From positions 210,001 through 242,000 of the forward strand of contig LVZN01000001.1 of NCBI GenBank assembly GCA_001695645.1: DNA of 32,000 bases. Reading direction: 5' to 3'. Position 1 is the stretch's first letter, and each line of letters opens with the position of its first letter. Under the pieces are notes generated by a model. It worked only from the letters and a program-made list of their open reading frames with translations, had not been told where the DNA came from and made no database searches. This DNA is from Erysipelotrichaceae bacterium MTC7 (GTDB taxonomy: Bacteria > Bacillota_I > Bacilli_A > Erysipelotrichales > Erysipelotrichaceae). Positions 26,985-32,000 of the stretch are shown here, piece after piece. A program made the translations under genes and the position numbers.

Positions 26985-27544
26985 TTAATTACAACCTCCT
27001 CCAACAAATCCCCAGTAACCTTTATTAGGTGTGGCTGGTTCAAGATTCCAAGGTGTTTTCAATCCTGCAGGAAAATCAGCATGACATACATATTGATTGT
27101 ACATACTTGAAAATTTAGTTGGATTAGATATTGCTGTGTACATTGGGTGATATTGGAAAAATCTAATTAATTCTCTCCACGAATCTTCTTTTGGAATTGT
27201 CCAAGGATGTTTTGGATCTACACTGAGAGAAACAACTGAATTTCTAACAATCCAATTTACGCTTTTAAAATATTCAAATCTTGGTGTTATTACTAACTCA
27301 TATTCAATTGGTACATTATTTCTTTTCGCGGTTTCTATTATACCGTTTTCCCCGCTAGTTCCATCATCAAATAGTACTATTACCTTTGTCACTTCATTCC
27401 AGTCGATCTCATTATTCTCAGCATATGGACATGTTGAAGATGTTGGATTATCACGCAATGGTAATGGTTGAGGTTCAGCAGATATTCCAAAAAAAGTTGA
27501 TACTAATAATGTGTTCGTTAAAAAAACTTCGTCAAATGGTTCAT
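26985..27544 (-). CDS. Secreted DUF2599-like protein; the SD/ATG at 27544 is 1 nt out of frame with the main ORF across a T7 tract (27520-27526)
   Basis: The C-terminus MYNQYVCHADF...KTPWNLEP...GYWGFVGGGCN resembles what I recall as the DUF2599 signature; this needs an HMM check. AGGAGG (27558-27553), 8 nt, then ATG 27544. See the finding for frame details. The track ORF extends to 27644 without any SD. Confidence 0.5.
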
Positions 27545-27682
27545 ATAAAAAACCTCCTTGAAAACGTAATATCACTAAAATTAATAAAATAAAATTATAA
27601 TAAATGAACATTATCATTATATGCACTATATTTTTTTCAAACACCGTGTATAATTAAAATAAATAAAGGAAATAAGCATCGT

Positions 27683-28042
27683 ATGAATAAAAACATTGGA
27701 AATTCTGGAATTGTTATTAGCATTATCGGCTTAATTTTAATTATTGGTTTTGTTTTTGGTATAACTGCAGACACAGGAGGAGGAAATTTTGCTTACTTAC
27801 AGCTAATTCTTGTTATTATTATACTTTTATCAGTTTATTTCAGAATGAAAAAAGATAGAAAAAAAAATAACCTAACCCTCATATTGGCGATACTTTTTTG
27901 TGTGTTAAATATTTTCTATATCCTATTAGTTGATAAACCATTACATAGTGATATTGAGGCAGTCTATCAAAACATAGTAACTTTAATTCTTGGATATGTT
28001 TTATATGTTGGAGGTCTATCTTTTCAATACGTAAAAAAATGA
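27683..28042 (+). CDS. Hypothetical 4-TM membrane protein (119 aa)
   Basis: SD AAAGGAAA lies upstream of the ATG. There are four hydrophobic segments separated by a KKDRKKNN loop. It contains an A9 run (27859-27867). TATAAT at 27649-27654 is a possible -10. Confidence 0.55.
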   Translation: MNKNIGNSGIVISIIGLILIIGFVFGITADTGGGNFAYLQLILVIIILLSVYFRMKKDRKKNNLTLILAILFCVLNIFYILLVDKPLHSDIEAVYQNIVTLILGYVLYVGGLSFQYVKK

Positions 28043-28054
28043 AAATGAGGATAC

Positions 28055-28090
28055 AAAAAAAGCCAAGAGTATCTCAAATACCTCTTAGCT
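28055..28090 (-). terminator. Minus-strand-specific terminator
   Basis: AGCCAAGAGTAT (28061-28072) pairs with ATACCTCTTAGCT (28078-28090), imperfectly. On the minus strand it is followed by T7 (28061-28055). There is no U-tail on the + strand. Confidence 0.55.
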
Positions 28091-28260
28091 CTCATATGCA
28101 CTATGTGGGAGTGAACCTTAATCAATAGTCTAAGCTATTAAGGTTTTTACGAGATCTGAGTCCCAAATGTGAACACTCCCTAATTGAAGTATATCACATT
28201 CTCACGCACATTCACGTAAGGCTAATGTTTTATTAAGATATCTCTTAGCTTTATCATACG

Positions 28261-28285
28261 AAAGTTCCTATGGAACTTTTTTATT
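28261..28285 (+). terminator. Plus-strand-specific terminator overlapping the stop codon of the 40-aa peptide gene
   Basis: AAAGTTCC (28261-28268) pairs with GGAACTTT (28272-28279) with a 3-nt loop, then TTTATT. On the minus strand the stem is followed by CGTATGAT, with no U-tail. Confidence 0.55.
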
Positions 28286-28403
28286 CATATGTGACTTGTT
28301 GGTCTGCTTTTTGTTGTTCTAAGAGTTTTCTAATTTTAGATAATTCATTCAAAATTGCTCCAAAATAACAAAATGCGATAATAGCAGCAATAATTGCAAA
28401 CAT
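28281..28403 (-). CDS. 40-aa hydrophobic/amphipathic peptide (candidate type I toxin-like small protein)
   Basis: Hand translation gives MFAIIAAIIAFCYFGAILNELSKIRKLLEQQKADQQVTYE. AGGAGG lies 8 nt upstream of the ATG. It has its own near-consensus promoter. It is below the track's length cutoff. Confidence 0.6.
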   Translation of the reverse strand: MFAIIAAIIAFCYFGAILNELSKIRKLLEQQKADQQVTYE

Positions 28404-28451
28404 AAGGTTAACCTCCTATCTGTATTGATGTTGTAAGCGTTCTTTACCATC

Positions 28452-28480
28452 ATTATAGAATATAAGCATCGCCTTGTCTA
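28452..28480 (-). promoter_or_regulatory. Near-consensus sigma-A promoter of the 40-aa peptide gene
   Basis: On the minus strand: TAGACA (28480-28475), exactly 17 nt, then TATAAT (28457-28452). The predicted 5'UTR is about 40 nt. Confidence 0.6.
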
Positions 28481-28482
28481 TG

Positions 28483-28517
28483 TATAGAAAATACCCAATG
28501 GACGTATCCATTGGGTA
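28483..28517 (-). terminator. Terminator of the asrABC operon
   Basis: TACCCAATGGA (28492-28502) pairs with TCCATTGGGTA (28507-28517) with a 4-nt loop. TTTTCTAT follows on the minus strand. It lies 11 nt after the asrC stop. Confidence 0.8.
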
Positions 28518-28528
28518 GATTTTTATAT

Positions 28529-29602
28529 CTAGTGATTGTCTTGTGAACCAGGACCAGCAGTTAAATGATCTGCAGGTGCCTTCACAGAGAAGTTTGAACG
28601 GTATTCAGTTTCTGACCAGTTGATACGTTCAGCAACTAAACACTCAGGGTTTAATTCCACACCATCAAGGATCATCTCTTTAAACTTCATGTAACCTGCA
28701 CGGTCAATTAAGTGACCACCATGTAAGTACATTGGTTTGTAGTCAAGTGCCCAAGCAGAGAATTTTTGCCAGTTCGCTAATGCTCCCATAACAACTTCTT
28801 CACTTGCCCAGTTTAAGAATACTTTACCAGCACGTGGCGTTTGACGTCCCGTACGTCCACCGATAATTACACGGTATAATTTCTTAGGGTTGCGTGTCCA
28901 TGCCCCAGTTGGGCAGAAACGTACACATTCCCCACAACCTGTACAGCAGCAATCATCTTTTGCTGGAATTCCGTTTGGTGTTCCTGATAGGACACGTGTT
29001 GCTCCATGTTTACACACAGCGACACATTTCCCACAACCAATACAACGTTCTGGATGGAAGTCGATTTTTGCAATACCGATAATCCCAAAGTCACACATGT
29101 TTGCTTTGTTACAGTCGTTTGGACAACCTGAAACATTACATTTGATATGGTAGTTTGATGGGAATACAAGTTTTTCAACTTTTTTAGCGACATCTTGTGT
29201 ATTTACGTTCCCACATATACAGTGAACGTTTCCAATACATGCCGTAACGTTACGTGCACCAATGGTTGGATATCCAGCTTCTGGATCCCATTCTTCTGGT
29301 TTACCAGCAACTTTATTCATATCGACGCCAGCAGCACCTTCTGTACCTTCAATGTAGGTTCTAATGTACTTGTTTACTTCATCGATATCATCGTATTTAA
29401 TTCCAGTAAAATCTAGGGTTTGACGAGTTCCCATGTGGAAGTTTCCATCTCCCCAACGGTCCGCAATTTCAGCAGCCATTTTTAAGTATTCTGCTTTAAT
29501 CACACCACCTGGTACACGCATTTGTAGCATGAATTCTCCATCTACTTTAGATTGACGGTAACAGTTTTTACGAACTGCACCAATGTTAATATCTTTATTC
29601 AC
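28529..29602 (-). CDS. asrC: Anaerobic sulfite reductase subunit C (siroheme/4Fe-4S nitrite-sulfite reductase domain plus ferredoxin insert)
   Basis: 357 aa. Cys clusters CIGCGKCVAVC and CTGCGECVRFCP, with NiR/SiR-type cysteines. Third gene of an asrA-asrB-asrC arrangement. GTG start with AGGAGG 9 nt upstream. Confidence 0.8.
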   Translation of the reverse strand: MNKDINIGAVRKNCYRQSKVDGEFMLQMRVPGGVIKAEYLKMAAEIADRWGDGNFHMGTRQTLDFTGIKYDDIDEVNKYIRTYIEGTEGAAGVDMNKVAGKPEEWDPEAGYPTIGARNVTACIGNVHCICGNVNTQDVAKKVEKLVFPSNYHIKCNVSGCPNDCNKANMCDFGIIGIAKIDFHPERCIGCGKCVAVCKHGATRVLSGTPNGIPAKDDCCCTGCGECVRFCPTGAWTRNPKKLYRVIIGGRTGRQTPRAGKVFLNWASEEVVMGALANWQKFSAWALDYKPMYLHGGHLIDRAGYMKFKEMILDGVELNPECLVAERINWSETEYRSNFSVKAPADHLTAGPGSQDNH

Positions 29603-29614
29603 GTTAGCAACCTC

Positions 29615-30409
29615 CTAGTCCACTAAGTCTTTGGCAACGGTATAGTTGAATACTGGTCCATCTTGACAAACATATGTTTCATCAATACGGCAGTGTCCAC
29701 ATTTACCAATTGCACATGACATTTTACGTTCGAATGACATCCAGATTTTATCTTCTGGAACACCATTTGCAAGCAATTCCAATCCAGTGAATTTCATCAT
29801 CATTGGCGGACCAACAACAACAACTTCAAAGTTATCATTAAAGTCTTTCCAAGGAATTTCAGAAATGAATTTTGTAACCAATCCTGATTTAAATCCTTCG
29901 ATTTCTTCATTATCTAATGTATAGGTTGTGTTGAAACGGTTTTTCCACATGTTTAATTCTTTTCTAAAAACGATACATTCTTCGTTTTTAAATCCAGAAA
30001 TTAAGTGTAAGCTTTCTACTTTAGACATATCACTGTTTAAAATATTTAACATACTACGAACAGGAGCAAGACCCGTACCACCCGTAATAATAACTAGGTT
30101 TTTTCCAGTAAATGTTTCAATTGGCCATCCTTTTCCGTAAGGACCACGTAAGAAGATTGTTTCTCCTGGTTGCATGTTGAAGAATTCATCCGTTAATTTT
30201 CCAACACTACGAATGGTAAATTCAAGATATCCATCCCCTTGTGCACTTACTGAAATTGGAGCTTCTCCAACTTTAGGAATAGAAAGTTGCATAAATTGAC
30301 CATGTTTAGGATGTACATCTGAAGCAACACGGAATGTCCATTCATGTGCGCTTTCTTTATCAATGCTTAGTATTTCACAAGCTTTTGGTGACAATATATT
30401 GTAAGCCAT
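29615..30409 (-). CDS. asrB: Anaerobic sulfite reductase subunit B (FAD/NAD-binding oxidoreductase with a C-terminal 2Fe-2S motif)
   Basis: 264 aa. Ferredoxin-reductase-type fold motifs (GGTGLAP) and the C-terminal motif CAIGKCGHCRI. Confidence 0.8.
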   Translation of the reverse strand: MAYNILSPKACEILSIDKESAHEWTFRVASDVHPKHGQFMQLSIPKVGEAPISVSAQGDGYLEFTIRSVGKLTDEFFNMQPGETIFLRGPYGKGWPIETFTGKNLVIITGGTGLAPVRSMLNILNSDMSKVESLHLISGFKNEECIVFRKELNMWKNRFNTTYTLDNEEIEGFKSGLVTKFISEIPWKDFNDNFEVVVVGPPMMMKFTGLELLANGVPEDKIWMSFERKMSCAIGKCGHCRIDETYVCQDGPVFNYTVAKDLVD

Positions 30410-30410
30410 G

Positions 30411-31442
30411 TTATTCTCCCTTCGCCTTAATATCTTCGATAGCTGTTGCCATCTTATTTACAGTTGAAGTAATTTCAATGTATGCAGGACAACGGTCTGA
30501 ACAACGACCACAACCTACACACATGTGACCTTCGTGGAAACGTGCATCATAATCGTGGAATTTGTGAAGAACACGGTAACGAATACGATCTCCGGCAGTT
30601 GATCTGAATTCTTTTTGCATTGCCATTTGGTCGAAACCTGGAACTTGGCAAGATGCACTTACACGACGTCTTTCTCCAGCTTTATCGTTTTCTGTGTACA
30701 CAACATCTCTCGTTGTAAAACATGTACAAGTAGAACATCCAATTGTACAAGCTCCACATGAAATACAACGTGAGTTAAATTGTTTCCACACATCGTGTTT
30801 CTTTAATTCATTTTGTACTTCTTTACTTGGAATCGTTGGTACCGTAAGAGTAAGTTCATTTGATTCTGGGAATGAAACTTTATAGTCTGTTGTTGGTGCT
30901 CCATGAAAGTAAGGTTCAAAACTATTGTCTTTCACCTCAATTTTTAAACCATCAGCAGTTTCTTTAATCGCAAAGACATAGTTGTCGGTTTTGTTTGTTT
31001 TCATACTTACACAGAAACATGAATCGCTATCTTGAGGACATTCCATCAAGGCATATGAAATCACATCTTCCAAACGTTTGTAGTATGGATCAACAAATCC
31101 ACCTTTTCCATCGTAAATTCTTGCTTGAATTTTTTGGGCATTGATATCACAAGGGCGACCAAAACAAAGAATTTTCTTTTTTGGTCCACTACTTTCACGG
31201 AATTCTTCTTCCGTATAATAGAATAGCGTTTGTTGAATTGGGTTGATGACTTCCTTCATTGGGAATGTTGATTTTTTATCAAACACAATTTCATCAAACG
31301 AATGGACTTCTCCGTATTGAATTAAATCAGTATCAGAGAATCTTCCTGCTTTTTCGATTCGTTTGGGCGCGTAAATCGTATAAGTCTTTTGAAGCTCACT
31401 GAAAATAGCTTCGCTTGCTTCATGGTTTAAGATATAGCTCAT
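30411..31442 (-). CDS. asrA: Anaerobic sulfite reductase subunit A (4Fe-4S dicluster protein)
   Basis: 343 aa. CISCGACTIGCSTCTC and CVGCGRCSDRCP motifs. SD GGAGGAG lies upstream. The stop is 1 nt from the asrB start. Confidence 0.8.
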   Translation of the reverse strand: MSYILNHEASEAIFSELQKTYTIYAPKRIEKAGRFSDTDLIQYGEVHSFDEIVFDKKSTFPMKEVINPIQQTLFYYTEEEFRESSGPKKKILCFGRPCDINAQKIQARIYDGKGGFVDPYYKRLEDVISYALMECPQDSDSCFCVSMKTNKTDNYVFAIKETADGLKIEVKDNSFEPYFHGAPTTDYKVSFPESNELTLTVPTIPSKEVQNELKKHDVWKQFNSRCISCGACTIGCSTCTCFTTRDVVYTENDKAGERRRVSASCQVPGFDQMAMQKEFRSTAGDRIRYRVLHKFHDYDARFHEGHMCVGCGRCSDRCPAYIEITSTVNKMATAIEDIKAKGE

Positions 31443-31491
31443 CTGTACTCCTCCGTTTATTACATAACTGGTGACAATCTCAGTTTTACTT

Positions 31492-31520
31492 ATTTTAGCA
31501 CCAGACCTACATAATGAAAA
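31492..31520 (-). promoter_or_regulatory. Candidate extended -10 promoter of asrABC
   Basis: On the minus strand: TTTTCA (31520-31515), 17 nt, then TGcTAAAAT (31500-31492). The -10 is formed by the left arm of the 10-bp inverted repeat. Confidence 0.35.
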
Positions 31521-31586
31521 ATTAGAGTTTCTTAGTATGTTATAAATATTATTAATGGTAGAATGGTGCTAAAGGAAGTGATATTT

Positions 31587-32000
31587 ATGTTAGATTATAA
31601 AATTAAAACATTCTTAACGGTGTGCGAGTATTTAAACTATACAAATGCAGCAAAAGCGCTTAATTTAACGCAACCTGCAATCACCCAACAAATCAAGTCA
31701 TTAGAAGAGTATTACCAAGTTAAATTGTTTAGTTACCACAACCGCAATTTGACACTTACAACCCAAGGTGAAGTCTTGCGTACGGCAATGACAACGATGC
31801 TACACGATGTGGAAATTTTACAAAAGCAGTTACATACTTTAAAAAACAAGACCAATGAGTTAAACTTCGCCTCAACCCACTCCATTGGTGAAATGTATTT
31901 ACCAAATGCCCTAATTCCTTATTTAAAAAGTCATCATGATACCGTGATGAACTACAGCGTGGATAACACAAGCGTTATCTTAGAAAAGCTACAACAAGGA
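31587..32000 (+). CDS. LysR-family transcriptional regulator, N-terminal 138 codons (runs off the window); not in the ORF track
   Basis: ATG 31587 with AAAGGAAG upstream. The frame is open to the window end. MLDYKIKTFLTVCEYLNYTNAAKALNLTQPAITQQIKSLEEYY is a canonical LysR HTH. Divergent from asrABC. Confidence 0.85.
   Translation, partial: MLDYKIKTFLTVCEYLNYTNAAKALNLTQPAITQQIKSLEEYYQVKLFSYHNRNLTLTTQGEVLRTAMTTMLHDVEILQKQLHTLKNKTNELNFASTHSIGEMYLPNALIPYLKSHHDTVMNYSVDNTSVILEKLQQG

Noticed and set aside
28040-28129. A 29-codon + strand ORF (MKMRIQKKPRVSQIPLSSHMHYVGVNLNQ) overlapping the stop of the 4-TM gene.
   Set aside because: It has no SD, and it runs through the terminator hairpin. RNA structure explains this stretch better.
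28082-28250. The segment bounded by the 9-bp direct repeats considered as a MITE or IS remnant.
   Set aside because: No terminal inverted repeats, no transposase fragment and no second copy are visible in this window. It is kept only as a minor alternative in the findings.
28867-29416. Alternate-frame ORFs inside asrC (28867..29193 -, 28890..29153 +, 28894..29082 +, 29195..29416 +).
   Set aside because: They are embedded in a Cys-cluster gene with a clear identity. These are spurious open frames.
31756-31971. A 71-aa minus-strand ORF antisense to the LysR gene.
   Set aside because: It lies entirely within the clearly recognisable LysR HTH/linker coding region. It has no SD.

Overview
This looks like a chromosomal segment from a low-GC Gram-positive anaerobe (Bacillota). 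The gene style is reminiscent of Erysipelotrichia or Clostridia gut isolates, but that is inference only. All protein identifications come from motifs I recognise by eye; no database search was run.

Gene order:
- malic enzyme 3' end, then a two-subunit Fe-S fumarate hydratase (+)
- a TetR-family gene divergent from a MacB/FtsX-type ABC pair; the 1070-aa permease carries a roughly 275-aa Gln-rich coiled coil
- a compact addB-addA operon (-)
- an exporter-type ABC half-transporter co-transcribed with niaR (-)
- a highly structured intergenic region, then an spx homologue lacking the second Cys of the CXXC switch (+)
- a CNNM/CorC-type protein plus a small membrane protein (-), and nudC (-)
- a galacto-N-biose/lacto-N-biose (GH112 phosphorylase) utilisation operon (-): solute-binding protein, two permeases, an unlisted 56-aa membrane ORF, an MsmK-like ATPase and a BadF-type sugar kinase interrupted by one in-frame TAG. 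An AraC regulator is divergent.
- a visibly AT-richer islet of about 1.5 kb
- asrABC anaerobic sulfite reductase (-) with a divergent LysR gene (+, runs off the window)

The islet holds the most unusual features:
- A DUF2599-like secreted-protein gene whose perfect SD+ATG+signal-peptide start is 1 nt out of frame with the main ORF across a T7 tract.
- A 4-TM protein gene.
- A stand-alone 40-aa hydrophobic peptide gene with a near-consensus promoter. Crossed strand-specific terminators force about 230 nt of antisense overlap with the neighbouring transcript, a type I toxin-antitoxin-like architecture.

No rRNA, tRNA, CRISPR array, transposase or integrase was seen.
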